44,187 bases of DNA. It comes from a bacterium (GTDB lineage: Bacteria > Bacillota_I > Bacilli_A > RFN20 > CAG-826). The position numbers and the translations under genes are program-made. The notes under the pieces are model-generated. The model was not told where the DNA came from. It did not search any database and saw only the letters and a list, made by a program, of their open reading frames with translations. Below, piece by piece: positions 28,669 to 39,206 of this stretch. Within the stretch, counting starts at the first letter, position 1. Each line of letters opens with the position of its first letter. Where the stretch lies: contig JAQXNS010000135.1 of NCBI GenBank assembly GCA_029098125.1, positions 1-44,187 on the forward strand, in the 5' to 3' direction.

Positions 28669-29313
28669 TTATTTTTCTTCTTTATCCTTTTCATCTTCAT
28701 CAGCATCGTCTTTAAATTTTGCTTTAATTAAAGCTGAAGCATGTTTAATTCCAAACACAACACTTATGAATGATAGAACAAGATAAACAATACTTGATAA
28801 AGTTATAAATGATTGAATTGAACTATTAGCATTAAATACTTCAAAAAATTGTTCTTTTTCAATAGAACCAGTCGATGATACATACTCGCCAATTAAAGTG
28901 GTTGCATCGCTAAGTTTTAGACTTGCAGCAATTGCAACAAAACTAACAATAATTAAGCAAACAAACATAGTGAAAAATACCACTAATTTATAATATTTGT
29001 TAATTAAAACAGATAATTGGCATTCTTTATCAACTTTTTTATAAAACAGATCAGCTGTAACAATTAATGAAATGCTACCAGCTATTACAAAAATTGCTCC
29101 TATATAATAAAGGATTTGTGGCATAGCACGATCAGATAAATATTGATTAAATTGTGCCATAAATGCATCACCATCAATTGATCCAATTGAAGTAGCTGTT
29201 TCAACTAAAGTTGAACCAGAAGATAATAATAATGAAGCTGAAATTAATAATAATATAAATCCAAGCAAATAAATAGCAGCAAAAACTGAACTTGCAATAA
29301 TTTTCTTTTTCAT
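28669..29313 (-). CDS. Uncharacterised four-TM membrane protein
   Basis: Start moved to ATG 29313 (MKKKIIAS, AAGGA RBS, just after the malG-like stop); four hydrophobic segments. Confidence 0.7.
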   Translation of the reverse strand: MKKKIIASSVFAAIYLLGFILLLISASLLLSSGSTLVETATSIGSIDGDAFMAQFNQYLSDRAMPQILYYIGAIFVIAGSISLIVTADLFYKKVDKECQLSVLINKYYKLVVFFTMFVCLIIVSFVAIAASLKLSDATTLIGEYVSSTGSIEKEQFFEVFNANSSIQSFITLSSIVYLVLSFISVVFGIKHASALIKAKFKDDADEDEKDKEEK

Positions 29314-29317
29314 ACTA

Positions 29318-30253
29318 TTATCCTTTAACTGCTCCGGCAGTAACACCTTCAACATAATATTTTTGTAAGAACATAAACAATGTAACAATTGGAATTCCTA
29401 CAACGACACAGCCTGCAGCAAATTTAGTAAATAAGTTAATATCTGCGAATGTACCAAATAGCATATCATAAAGGCCAACAGAAACTGTCCAATATTCAAC
29501 ATTAGTTGGACCAATAATAACTCTAGCAAAGATGAAATCCATCCAAGGACCCGTAAAACTCATCAAAGCTGTATAAATAATAATTGGTTTTGATAAAGGT
29601 AAAATGATTGATTTAAAAATCTTAAAGTTTGAGCATCCATCTAATTTAGCACTTTCAACAAGTGAGTTAGGTATAACATCAAAGAAACCTTTTGCAACTT
29701 GGAATCCTAATCCACTACCAGCACTATATGCAATAATAATACCAAGAATTGCTAAACTAGGTTGGTCTTGGTTTGCGACTAATCCGATTGATTTAAGCAA
29801 AAAGTAAATAGCAATCATTGACATGAAACCTGGAAATAATCCAAGAATCATTGCTAGATTCATAAATGGCTTTCTCATTTTGAATTTCAATTTTGACATA
29901 CAGTATGCAACACTCAAAATTAAGAAAGTTGAAATAAGACAACAACAAACAGCTACAAGAAGTGTATTTCCCATCCATCTTAAAAATGCATGTTCAATGC
30001 CGTTATAAGTCATATTAAATAAATCAGCAAAATTTTTAAAGCCAACAGTTGAAGGAATAAAACCGCTAGTAACAGCACCAATAAATGTTCCGTCTTTATA
30101 TTCAGTTCTAAATGCACTACATGCGACCCAGAAAATTGGAATAATCCAGATAATCGAAAGAATCAATAATATGACATATGTAGCGCTTAAAGAAGCTATT
30201 TTACTTCTTTTTTGACTTTTATATTTTTGTCTTTTGTAAGGATCATTTATCAT
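29318..30253 (-). CDS. Sugar ABC permease, MalG-like
   Basis: KGFFDVIP.SL.ESAKLDG EAA motif, LQKYYVEGVTAGAVKG C-terminus. Confidence 0.9.
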   Translation of the reverse strand: MINDPYKRQKYKSQKRSKIASLSATYVILLILSIIWIIPIFWVACSAFRTEYKDGTFIGAVTSGFIPSTVGFKNFADLFNMTYNGIEHAFLRWMGNTLLVAVCCCLISTFLILSVAYCMSKLKFKMRKPFMNLAMILGLFPGFMSMIAIYFLLKSIGLVANQDQPSLAILGIIIAYSAGSGLGFQVAKGFFDVIPNSLVESAKLDGCSNFKIFKSIILPLSKPIIIYTALMSFTGPWMDFIFARVIIGPTNVEYWTVSVGLYDMLFGTFADINLFTKFAAGCVVVGIPIVTLFMFLQKYYVEGVTAGAVKG

Positions 30254-31716
30254 TGGAATGTGTCCTCCTCATTATAAGCTTTACTTCTTCGATATGTAAT
30301 CAAAGTAATTGTTGAAGTAATCATAAAGGTGATAATACCAATAACAGCGCCTGTATTATATTCCCCATTATCAATAGTTAATTTATATAACCATGTAACA
30401 AGTAAGTCAGTACCGCCAGCTTGATATCCAACATATGTTGGTCCACCACCTGTTAAAAGGAATATTGTATTAAATGAGTTAATATTACCAACAAATGATG
30501 AAATTAAATATGGGGTTGTAATAAAGACAACATAAGGTAAAGTTATTTTGAAAAACATTTTGGTTTTACTAGCACCATCAACTGTAGCAGCTTCATACAA
30601 ATCTGCAGGAATATTCATCAAAATACCGCTAGTCATTAACATTGTATAAGGAATACCAAGCCACATATTAACAATAATGACTACAACCTTTGCTACATAT
30701 TCATTATCTGATGCACTTAATCCTAAGAAACCAATTGGTTGATCAATCCATCCCAAAGATTGAAGTAATGAATTAACAGGACCATATTCACCTAAAAGAT
30801 TTCTCATAGATAATAAAGAAATAAATTGAGGAATTGCTATAGTTAAAATAAAGATTGTTCTAAAGACTTTTTTGCCCATTAAACCTTTTTTATTAATGAG
30901 AATAGCTAATAAAATTCCACCAAAATAACATGTTAATGTTGCTAGAATTGCCCATATAAATGTCCATCCAAGAACAGGTAAGAATCTAGCTTTAATTTCA
31001 GAACCTAATTGGCTCTCGCCAGTGAACATATAAACAAAATTACTAAAACCATTCCAATGGAACAAAACCGTTCCTTCAGCATTCATATCAAATTGATTAT
31101 ATGTAGTAAATGCCATACAAATCATAAAGATTGTAGGCAAAAGTGTGAACACTAAAGCAGCCAAACATGTTGGAGTAAGCATCAAAACATGGAATTTTGA
31201 ATCTAATAATGCTTTTAAATCATCTTTAAAAGTAGTAGGTTTTTTGCCTTTTTTTGCTTCTAAATCAGCTTTATATGATGATCCAATGTTACTAATCCAA
31301 ACAAGCAAATATAATATTATGATTGCGATAGTAACAAGACCAAACAACAACATTAATTGGTCATTGCTAGGTTGGGTCATCTCACCTGTCATTGGATCAA
31401 AGTCACCACCTTCACTGCCTCCTAATCTTAAATTTATTAAGGCTTTAAATCCGTAAGGGGTTCCATTAATTTCTGGACATAAAACCATAAAAAGAATAAA
31501 GAGCACTTGAAGGAAAAGATACATTGCACCTTTGACATATTGCCCATGATAGAAGGAACCACTTCCCATAATGAAATGGGATAGTTTGGTTCCTATACTG
31601 CCATCAACAAATCGTTTATGAAAATTGACAAAGAAGCTTTTGAATGAAGAAAAGAATGTAACAAAAGGATTTGGCTTTTTAACTTTTTCTTCTTTTCTCG
31701 TCATTTCGCTTTTCAT
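30250..31716 (-). CDS. Sugar ABC permease, MalF-like
   Basis: IPADLYEAATVDGAS, TDLLVTWLYKLT; ATGA overlap with the next gene. Confidence 0.9.
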   Translation of the reverse strand: MKSEMTRKEEKVKKPNPFVTFFSSFKSFFVNFHKRFVDGSIGTKLSHFIMGSGSFYHGQYVKGAMYLFLQVLFILFMVLCPEINGTPYGFKALINLRLGGSEGGDFDPMTGEMTQPSNDQLMLLFGLVTIAIIILYLLVWISNIGSSYKADLEAKKGKKPTTFKDDLKALLDSKFHVLMLTPTCLAALVFTLLPTIFMICMAFTTYNQFDMNAEGTVLFHWNGFSNFVYMFTGESQLGSEIKARFLPVLGWTFIWAILATLTCYFGGILLAILINKKGLMGKKVFRTIFILTIAIPQFISLLSMRNLLGEYGPVNSLLQSLGWIDQPIGFLGLSASDNEYVAKVVVIIVNMWLGIPYTMLMTSGILMNIPADLYEAATVDGASKTKMFFKITLPYVVFITTPYLISSFVGNINSFNTIFLLTGGGPTYVGYQAGGTDLLVTWLYKLTIDNGEYNTGAVIGIITFMITSTITLITYRRSKAYNEEDTFQ

Positions 31717-31770
31717 TGTAATTTCCCTCCTTTCATTGATTAATTATTTATGTAAAAGTAAATTAATTTA

Positions 31771-33219
31771 TTATTCGATTGCTGCAGGTAATGAAGTTGG
31801 AATTGATGCTGGGTTTTTACCTTTTAACCAAATATAGTTCATCATGTATAAACCTTGTCTAATACCAGAAACTTCAGCTGTATTTGTTACAAGAGCAGTA
31901 CCTGTTGTTGGATAATTACTCTTAACAGCCATAGCAGCATAAATAGCTGGTGCAGATTTTGAATAATAGTAAGTATTTAATGTACCTGTAATGAAAGGTT
32001 GTGGTATACCCCAAGCACCCATTTCAACTTGAACTTTAGCAATATCATATTGACTTTGTGTTACTTTACCATCATTAAATAATTGATCAATTTGTGCACT
32101 TGCAGCTGTTGCTGAAGGAACAATTGTTTGTTTTTCAAATGCACTAGTTTGCATTTCAACTGATGAAAGATATTTAACTAAAGCTTGTTGTGCTAAGTAT
32201 TTGCTTGAATCTGTATTTGCATTAAGCATGAAAACTTTACAATCAGCAAATGATCCACCACGATAAACATCGCCGGCTTTAACTACATTATTATCTAATC
32301 CAGAAACGTTATTTTCAGTTAATGTGAATGTAGGAATTAATGCAACACCTAAATTTGCTTCACCAATAGCACTTGCAACTGCATTTTTAGCCCAAGAACC
32401 ATTGATAAGACCTAAACATGCACCATTTTGTAAATCTTTTTCCCAACCATCGCTAGAAGCAAATTTGAATCCATTTGGATTTTCTAAAGCATCTTGTACC
32501 CATCTTAAAGTAGCGATTCTATCATCACCTTGGCAATATGCTTCACCTTTTGTTCCGCCAGCTTCAGCACTAGCACCTTCATATAATTTTAAAGATGTGT
32601 AATGATCGCTAACTCTTGTTGAAAGTATTGACCATGAGAAATTGTATCCATCAGCACCATCACTTGAAGGAACAGTCCAGCCTTTACAATTATTTCTTTT
32701 TGCAGCTGCCATAATACCTTCAAATGATTTTACTTCTTCATCAGAAATTTTTGTTTTATCGTAATATAAGAAACATGCTTGTGAAATATATGGAGCAGCA
32801 TAAAGTGCTTGTTTTCCATTAACAATTGATTTGCAAACATCAACGAAAGTTGTTGGGTTATCAGTTTCAATTTGAGTTACAAGTGAAGTTTCACTGATTG
32901 GTTTTGCACATTTTGCAGCAGCAAGTTTACCAACATTATCGTGAGCAACAGTATAAATGTCGCCAGCTGCTTTTGGGTCTTGTGTAATAGTTCCAGCAAT
33001 ACTACCAACATCTGTACCTTTAACTATGATTTGGTAGTCAGCATAAGGATTGCCTTCTTGAGCAAGCCAAGCATCACATGCAGCTTGATAAAATTCAGCA
33101 GTACCTTCTTCGTTACCAACCCAAACTGTTAATTTTTTATCAGCGCCACCACAGCTTGTTGTTCCGCTGACCAATAAGATTGATAATGCACTAAGCATAA
33201 ATAATTTGTTTAATTTCAT
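31771..33219 (-). CDS. Maltodextrin-binding lipoprotein (MalE-like solute-binding protein)
   Basis: Lipobox TTSC, KLTVWV, DIYTVAHD, LYYDK, INGSW, GVALIP; directly upstream of two permeases. Confidence 0.8.
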   Translation of the reverse strand: MKLNKLFMLSALSILLVSGTTSCGGADKKLTVWVGNEEGTAEFYQAACDAWLAQEGNPYADYQIIVKGTDVGSIAGTITQDPKAAGDIYTVAHDNVGKLAAAKCAKPISETSLVTQIETDNPTTFVDVCKSIVNGKQALYAAPYISQACFLYYDKTKISDEEVKSFEGIMAAAKRNNCKGWTVPSSDGADGYNFSWSILSTRVSDHYTSLKLYEGASAEAGGTKGEAYCQGDDRIATLRWVQDALENPNGFKFASSDGWEKDLQNGACLGLINGSWAKNAVASAIGEANLGVALIPTFTLTENNVSGLDNNVVKAGDVYRGGSFADCKVFMLNANTDSSKYLAQQALVKYLSSVEMQTSAFEKQTIVPSATAASAQIDQLFNDGKVTQSQYDIAKVQVEMGAWGIPQPFITGTLNTYYYSKSAPAIYAAMAVKSNYPTTGTALVTNTAEVSGIRQGLYMMNYIWLKGKNPASIPTSLPAAIE

Positions 33220-33233
33220 TTTTTTCTCCTTTT

Positions 33234-34016
33234 TTATTCTTTTACAATCGGACTATAAGATTTTGACTCAATTAACATAGTTCCACTTATAAAGTCTCTA
33301 ATTGTTCTATATTTTTTATTCAAAATTGTTATGATGAAAGAAATAACCATATAACATAAAATTCCAATCATTCCAGATGCTAAGTAAGGCAATAAAGTTT
33401 CTACAATGAGAATATACATAAATCTAAATAATACATGATACCACCTAGCACAAGACATTCTCTTAATTGCAAATAATTCGACTCCGCACAACATTTGTCC
33501 TATTGTTGACCTTTTTTTATTAATTAAAGGAACAACTAGAAATAGTAAAGTTTCAGTAATTAAGAATGATAATGCAACTAGAGTGAAACTATGCAAATCA
33601 TAACTAAATTTTAAATCCCTGAATTTTTGTTCGCTCATTTTATTTGTATAAGCTTCAATAATTTCAGGTGTTAATTGATTTTTATCAATATTTTGTACTA
33701 TATAGTTTTTATCCGCATCATCTTTATACACATAGTAATTTTGATCTTGGTATGATTTAACTTCGTTTTCCTCGATATATTTAATATCTCCATAACCAGT
33801 TTCTAATTTTGCTTTATCGCTATAAAGAATCATTTCTTCTTTATATTTATTTAAGTTATTAGCAATAGGTGTATTGATTGCTAATAAATTTAAACAAAAG
33901 AATAAAACAAATGTGATTGATACGTCAGCTAGATAGGATAAAATCCTTTTAATTAACATGGGTTTCGAATTTGGTTCAATGTCAATTGGAATATTCTGCT
34001 TGATTTTTTCTTCCAT
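33234..34016 (-). CDS. RDD family membrane protein
   Basis: KRILSYLAD, TIGQML.G, RTIRDFISGT motifs; start taken at ATG 34016. Confidence 0.75.
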   Translation of the reverse strand: MEEKIKQNIPIDIEPNSKPMLIKRILSYLADVSITFVLFFCLNLLAINTPIANNLNKYKEEMILYSDKAKLETGYGDIKYIEENEVKSYQDQNYYVYKDDADKNYIVQNIDKNQLTPEIIEAYTNKMSEQKFRDLKFSYDLHSFTLVALSFLITETLLFLVVPLINKKRSTIGQMLCGVELFAIKRMSCARWYHVLFRFMYILIVETLLPYLASGMIGILCYMVISFIITILNKKYRTIRDFISGTMLIESKSYSPIVKE

Positions 34017-34018
34017 AA

Positions 34019-35929
34019 TTAGCAAATCTTCATGTCAATATTTGTTGAATAAATGCTAATCTTATCTCCTGGAATGTTAATAAATAATACATCACCAACA
34101 TTATAATTCTTATTTTTAATTAAGAATTTTTGTTCATTTGCTTGAACTAATGCATATTTATTAACTCCATAGTCAAGAATGTCAACTACTGAAACTCTTA
34201 AGCCATCACTTTCAGAGTCAGTAACTTCAACATCATTCATATTTGCGACATATTTATATGTACGTTTGTAGCAATTATTTCCCTCAATTGCGTTCATCTT
34301 GTAACCACTTTCTGTTAAAAGAGAGAACTTTTTATTTTCAATAACTGCATGGAAATAATATTTTCTAATTGTTTTATTGTATGTTGGACTTGATTCGTCG
34401 GTATCAACTTCTCTTAATTCTTCTTTATCAAATGTTCCTAACAATGAAATTTGATCATTGATTTCTTCTAAGCAAATCTCATTATCAGAAGTGACTTTAA
34501 CCTTATCAAATAAAATATCGAATGAATAAGAGTCATTAACTTTAACTTCATCGTCAACAAGTGCAAAAAGATAACGATTTCCAAATTGAAGATAAGCTAA
34601 ATTTTTATCATTAATTTTTTCGATCTTATCAACTTTTAAAGAATAAGTAGAGCCTCTTACGATAGCATAAGGAGGTACCTCAATATCAAGATTTTTATTA
34701 TCACAAACTCTTGTAAGTTGAGCTGGAGCATCGATTTCGACATCTAAGAAAGTAAGTTTTCCTTCAGAAATTTTTGCGCTGAATTTTGAATAACTTGGTA
34801 TCTTGCTTAATAAAGTAACCTCTGTTTCTGCATCAAAGAAATGAACTTTATCAATAATTGGTGAAATTCTAACTTTATCGCCAACGTTAATATTAGTGCC
34901 CTCAATTACCTTGACAATAATTTTGTTGCCTTCATCTTTTAATGAGAAATCTTGTTCTACTCCGCCAAGTTCACCATAAGCTATACATTCATTACCTAAA
35001 TGTTCGACGTTTGTAATCACGCATTCTAGACCATCTTCACTCAAAACTAGATGTTCTGGTCTTATGCCAAATATGACTTTTTTACTTCCATGTAAATAAT
35101 CATCATGTATCTTTGATAATTTTTCATAAGGTAAAACAATTTTTGAATCATTTTCAAATATTACTTCAACAATATCATTAATTCTATTTAATGTGACATT
35201 AAAGAAGTTCATTTGTGGAGTGCCAATAAATCCTGCAACAAACTTATTATAAGGTTCATTATAAAGATTCATAGGTGTGTCAATTTGTTGTACATACCCT
35301 TTTTTCATAACAACAATTCTAGTTCCCATTGTCATAGCTTCGACTTGGTCGTGGGTAACATAAATAAATGTTGTCTGTAGTTTTTTGTGTAATTTAGTGA
35401 TTTCTGTTCTCATTTGGGCTCTTAATTTAGCGTCCAAATTTGAAAGAGGTTCATCAAGTAAAAATACTTTAGGATCACGAACAAGAGCACGACCAAGTGC
35501 AACTCTTTGTCTTTGACCTCCACTCATTGCTTTAGGTTTACGATCCAAATATTCCTCGATATCCAACATTTTAGCAGCTTCTAAAACTTTTTCTTTAATT
35601 TCCGCTTCTGGCAAATGCCTATTGCGTAAACCAAAGGCCATATTTTCATAAACTGTCATGTGTGGATAAAGAGCATAACTTTGGAAAACCATAGCAATGT
35701 CACGATCTTTTGGTTCCATATCATTAACCAAAGTGTCCCCAATAAATAAATCGCCAGCTGTGATTGTTTCAAGTCCAGCAATCATTCTTAAGGTAGTTGA
35801 TTTGCCACATCCACTAGGTCCGACGAAAACAATGAACTCTTTATCAGCAATATCGATACTAAAATCGTTAACTGCTTTGTGTCCATTATCATATACCTTG
35901 TAGATATGACTTAATTTAAGATTAGCCAT
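34019..35929 (-). CDS. Sugar ABC ATPase (MalK/MsmX family) with a long C-terminal extension
   Basis: [43 protein letters not shown]; 636 aa. Confidence 0.92.
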   Translation of the reverse strand: MANLKLSHIYKVYDNGHKAVNDFSIDIADKEFIVFVGPSGCGKSTTLRMIAGLETITAGDLFIGDTLVNDMEPKDRDIAMVFQSYALYPHMTVYENMAFGLRNRHLPEAEIKEKVLEAAKMLDIEEYLDRKPKAMSGGQRQRVALGRALVRDPKVFLLDEPLSNLDAKLRAQMRTEITKLHKKLQTTFIYVTHDQVEAMTMGTRIVVMKKGYVQQIDTPMNLYNEPYNKFVAGFIGTPQMNFFNVTLNRINDIVEVIFENDSKIVLPYEKLSKIHDDYLHGSKKVIFGIRPEHLVLSEDGLECVITNVEHLGNECIAYGELGGVEQDFSLKDEGNKIIVKVIEGTNINVGDKVRISPIIDKVHFFDAETEVTLLSKIPSYSKFSAKISEGKLTFLDVEIDAPAQLTRVCDNKNLDIEVPPYAIVRGSTYSLKVDKIEKINDKNLAYLQFGNRYLFALVDDEVKVNDSYSFDILFDKVKVTSDNEICLEEINDQISLLGTFDKEELREVDTDESSPTYNKTIRKYYFHAVIENKKFSLLTESGYKMNAIEGNNCYKRTYKYVANMNDVEVTDSESDGLRVSVVDILDYGVNKYALVQANEQKFLIKNKNYNVGDVLFINIPGDKISIYSTNIDMKIC

Positions 35930-35993
35930 ACGTTCCTCCTATATGCTTAAAATACGAAAATAAAATATAATAAAACTCTAAAAAAGAGTTTAA

Positions 35994-36398
35994 TTACCTA
36001 ACTACGATTCCTTTCTTTTCAAATCTGAACAAAAATTCACCGATGAGGGGGTCAAAACTTGGCAAACTACCAAACTTTTTACCATCTTTATCATAAATAA
36101 TATAAAAATCATCTATTAAAACCACATCTTTAATATTTGAAATTTTGATCTTCTTTTTAATAAATAGAATATGATTAATTAAATATTCGCCATCAATTTC
36201 TAGGTAATGAAATAATTGATCAGCGATTATTGGTATTGCACAAATAATAAATATTGAACAAAATACGTAAACTACTAAACCTATCGAACTGTAAGATTCA
36301 AAAATTGCACATAAAACAATAGTTATTATGCAGATGCTCATAACAATAGAACTAAAAATTACAGGTCTTTTTTGAATTGTAGTACGTACTTTATTCAT
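35994..36398 (-). CDS. Small two-TM protein, possibly with a bacterial PH-like domain
   Basis: Two TM segments followed by a beta-rich tail (KKIKISNIKDV); 4 nt after the pullulanase stop. Confidence 0.6.
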   Translation of the reverse strand: MNKVRTTIQKRPVIFSSIVMSICIITIVLCAIFESYSSIGLVVYVFCSIFIICAIPIIADQLFHYLEIDGEYLINHILFIKKKIKISNIKDVVLIDDFYIIYDKDGKKFGSLPSFDPLIGEFLFRFEKKGIVVR

Positions 36399-36402
36399 AT
36401 TT

Positions 36403-39198
36403 TTAAATCTTTTGAAGAATTATTGATTCATTTAAATCAAGTTTAAAGTTGCCACTAACAACGCTACCTTTTTCGTGTTTTGAATTATTTGATAACAATA
36501 TTTTATATTCACCATCAAGAGAAATAGAATTTTCACTTCCAGCGTGGAAAACGAAAATATTTTCTTTTCCTTCGCTACTCATATCAACATTAAAACTGAT
36601 AACATTATTCGCAACGCTAACATTCTTTAAATATTTGTTTATATCTTCACGATTTGGCAAAGATAAACCATCTAATTGTTTTCTTAAAGCAATTAAATCT
36701 TTGAAATATTTATAAGTATCTTCATTTTTAATTTTTAAAGAATAATCCATGTTATTAATGTTATCGCCAACATTATATGAATTTCCCTCATATTTTATAT
36801 TTCCATTTTCGTCTTCATACTCTTTTGTTCGTTTAAACTCTTCACCTTCTTGAAGGAATGGAACTCCTTGAGATGTAAAAACAATAGATTCAGCTTGTGT
36901 ATATTGCATATCTAAGTTTGAATTGTATTTTTGTTGAATCAATTGATCATATAATGTGTAATTGTCATGGCAAGAAGCATAATTAATAACTTGTTGTGGT
37001 TCGATGTTTTTAGATTTCTCATCTTTTGTTGAAAAAGCACCAGTAATACCCATTAGTATTGAGTTTGCTAAATAATTAGCTCCGCTTACCCAGCCTAAAC
37101 CAGGAGCATTGTCACCTCTAATTGCATTTCTAATTACATCGTTAAATGCACCAACATAAACTCCATCACCTGCGAAATATGATTGAGAAAGTGAAGATTG
37201 AACAGTTTTTTGACTTGTTAATTTCTTTGGATCAGTTCCATCAACTAACTTTGAAGTTCCACCAGTCCAAGGTTCACCATAAACCATAATATCCTTATTT
37301 ATAGCAGATAAATCTTTATAAACATCAATCATAGTTTGATTATCAAGTAAACCCATTAAATCAAATCTAAAACCACTAATTCCATATTCTTCAACCCAGA
37401 ATTTGCATGATTCTCTAATGAATTTATTAACCATGAATCTTTCACTTGCGACTTCGTTTCCACATCCTGAACCGTTAGAATATTCGCCGCTTCTGCTTGT
37501 TCTATAATAATAATAAGGAACGAGCGTTGTAAAACTGCTTCCTTCTGTTGAACCTGTATGATTATAAACAACATCCATGTTGACGTTAATTCCATTATTA
37601 TGTAATGCTGTCATCATTTGTTTAAATTCTTTTACTCTTGAGTATCCATCAGCAGGATTTAAAGAATAGCTTCCTTCTAAACAATTATAATTTTGTGGAT
37701 CATATCCCCAGTTATAATTTGTGTCCTTCATTGAAGTAGAAACATTACTCTCATCAACAGAATTGTAATCATATGATGGCATAATTTGAACATGGCTTAT
37801 TCCTAAATCTTTTAAATGATCTAAGCCTGTTGAAACTGTTTTACCACCTTCTGTATATGTTGTTCCAGATTCAGTTAAACCTAAGAATTTACCTCTGTAT
37901 TCTTCTTTAACACCACTATTTTCATTGATGGTCATATCTCTAATATGCATTTCATAAATTGATGCATCAGTTCCGTTTTCGCCAAAATTGACTGGAGTTT
38001 TATCATAGAACATTTCAGCATTAATCTTATTAAAGTTAATTACCATGCCTCTTTTGCCGTTTAACCCAGCTGATTTAGCGTATGGATCGATTATTTCGTT
38101 AACACCTTTTGAATTAGTAACTGTGTATGTATAATAAACGCCATCTAAATTTCTTGAAACTGTTGTTTCAAAAATACCTTTTTCTTTTCTTGTCATATCA
38201 ACAACTTCAATTGGCGTTTTGTCATTTATATAATCACCTGTTTTATATAAATTTAATTTCATTGAACTGCTTGTTGGAGCCCAAACTTTGAATGTAGTTG
38301 CTTTTGGATTAGAATCATTATCAAAAGATGCACCCAAATCGTCAGATGAATAATTATACTTCTCCCCAAATTCTTCAGTATCAAAATATGAAGTGACCAT
38401 GACCGTTTTCTTATCAGTCCAATCATTATCAAATTTATATGTAACTTCAATTGTAGAGGATAAATCAATTTCATTATTTAACTCAATAGTTAATTTTTTG
38501 GATTTTTCATTATATTCACCAAGTGAGTACTCTGTAATTGGATTACCATCAACAAAAACATTTAGTCTCTTACTATAAGGCTTAAATGTTGTTGAGTAAG
38601 GAGCAAAATAAACGCTAAATATTTTAGATGATTCTAAAACACATGTATTCATTTTTGCTTTTAACGCATCGTCCTTGTTAGTGTAAATATCCATTGCTCC
38701 ACTCTTTGAGTAGATATCCATAAATCCACCAAGAGAAGTTTTGCTAACTTCAATTGAACGATCATTATCAGGGTCTTTTTTCCAATCTTCAGTAGTGACT
38801 AAAAAACCAATAACTTTGGCTTCTTTTTCCCCAGTAACTTTATCTAAAGGAACATCAACAAAAACACCAAAGTCATCATAATATTCAAATGGGTAAAAAG
38901 CTCCATTGCCTCCATTTGTAATATCCCAAGCCCAAATTCCATAACCTTGATATGGGCTTCTATTATTTGCTAAATCATCTTTTCTGCGGTAATGAAATCT
39001 AATTTTTGTTGTTGTTTCTTCAACTAATTTTGAATAATCAGTTGTATCTTTTTTGTATGTTGAAACTACATCACTATCATTTGGTGATATTAATTGTTCA
39101 TATGGTTCATCAGGTCCCATTCCAGAATCAGCACATCCAGAAATTAGGCCAACAGGTAACAATAAACTTAACAATAAAACATTTAATCTTTTTTTCAT
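36403..39198 (-). CDS. pulA: Type I pullulanase lipoprotein (CBM41-like, CBM48, GH13)
   Basis: Lipobox ISGC; FHYRR..WAW..DDFG N-domain; FKVWAP; YNWGYDP; DVVYNH; GFRFDLMG; YGEPW; CHDN. Confidence 0.92.
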   Translation of the reverse strand: MKKRLNVLLLSLLLPVGLISGCADSGMGPDEPYEQLISPNDSDVVSTYKKDTTDYSKLVEETTTKIRFHYRRKDDLANNRSPYQGYGIWAWDITNGGNGAFYPFEYYDDFGVFVDVPLDKVTGEKEAKVIGFLVTTEDWKKDPDNDRSIEVSKTSLGGFMDIYSKSGAMDIYTNKDDALKAKMNTCVLESSKIFSVYFAPYSTTFKPYSKRLNVFVDGNPITEYSLGEYNEKSKKLTIELNNEIDLSSTIEVTYKFDNDWTDKKTVMVTSYFDTEEFGEKYNYSSDDLGASFDNDSNPKATTFKVWAPTSSSMKLNLYKTGDYINDKTPIEVVDMTRKEKGIFETTVSRNLDGVYYTYTVTNSKGVNEIIDPYAKSAGLNGKRGMVINFNKINAEMFYDKTPVNFGENGTDASIYEMHIRDMTINENSGVKEEYRGKFLGLTESGTTYTEGGKTVSTGLDHLKDLGISHVQIMPSYDYNSVDESNVSTSMKDTNYNWGYDPQNYNCLEGSYSLNPADGYSRVKEFKQMMTALHNNGINVNMDVVYNHTGSTEGSSFTTLVPYYYYRTSRSGEYSNGSGCGNEVASERFMVNKFIRESCKFWVEEYGISGFRFDLMGLLDNQTMIDVYKDLSAINKDIMVYGEPWTGGTSKLVDGTDPKKLTSQKTVQSSLSQSYFAGDGVYVGAFNDVIRNAIRGDNAPGLGWVSGANYLANSILMGITGAFSTKDEKSKNIEPQQVINYASCHDNYTLYDQLIQQKYNSNLDMQYTQAESIVFTSQGVPFLQEGEEFKRTKEYEDENGNIKYEGNSYNVGDNINNMDYSLKIKNEDTYKYFKDLIALRKQLDGLSLPNREDINKYLKNVSVANNVISFNVDMSSEGKENIFVFHAGSENSISLDGEYKILLSNNSKHEKGSVVSGNFKLDLNESIILQKI

Positions 39199-39206
39199 AT
39201 TTTCTC

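Noticed and set aside
30250-30253. Mycoplasma-type code (TGA=Trp)
   Set aside because: TGA ends the MalF-like gene in an ATGA overlap and ends IS orfB; long genes are intact under code 11 and use TGG.
33940-33950. AGG->Met reassignment described for some uncultured Bacilli
   Set aside because: AGG encodes the conserved Arg of the RDD motif (KRIL) and an Arg-compatible site in the MalK-like protein (LRNRH).
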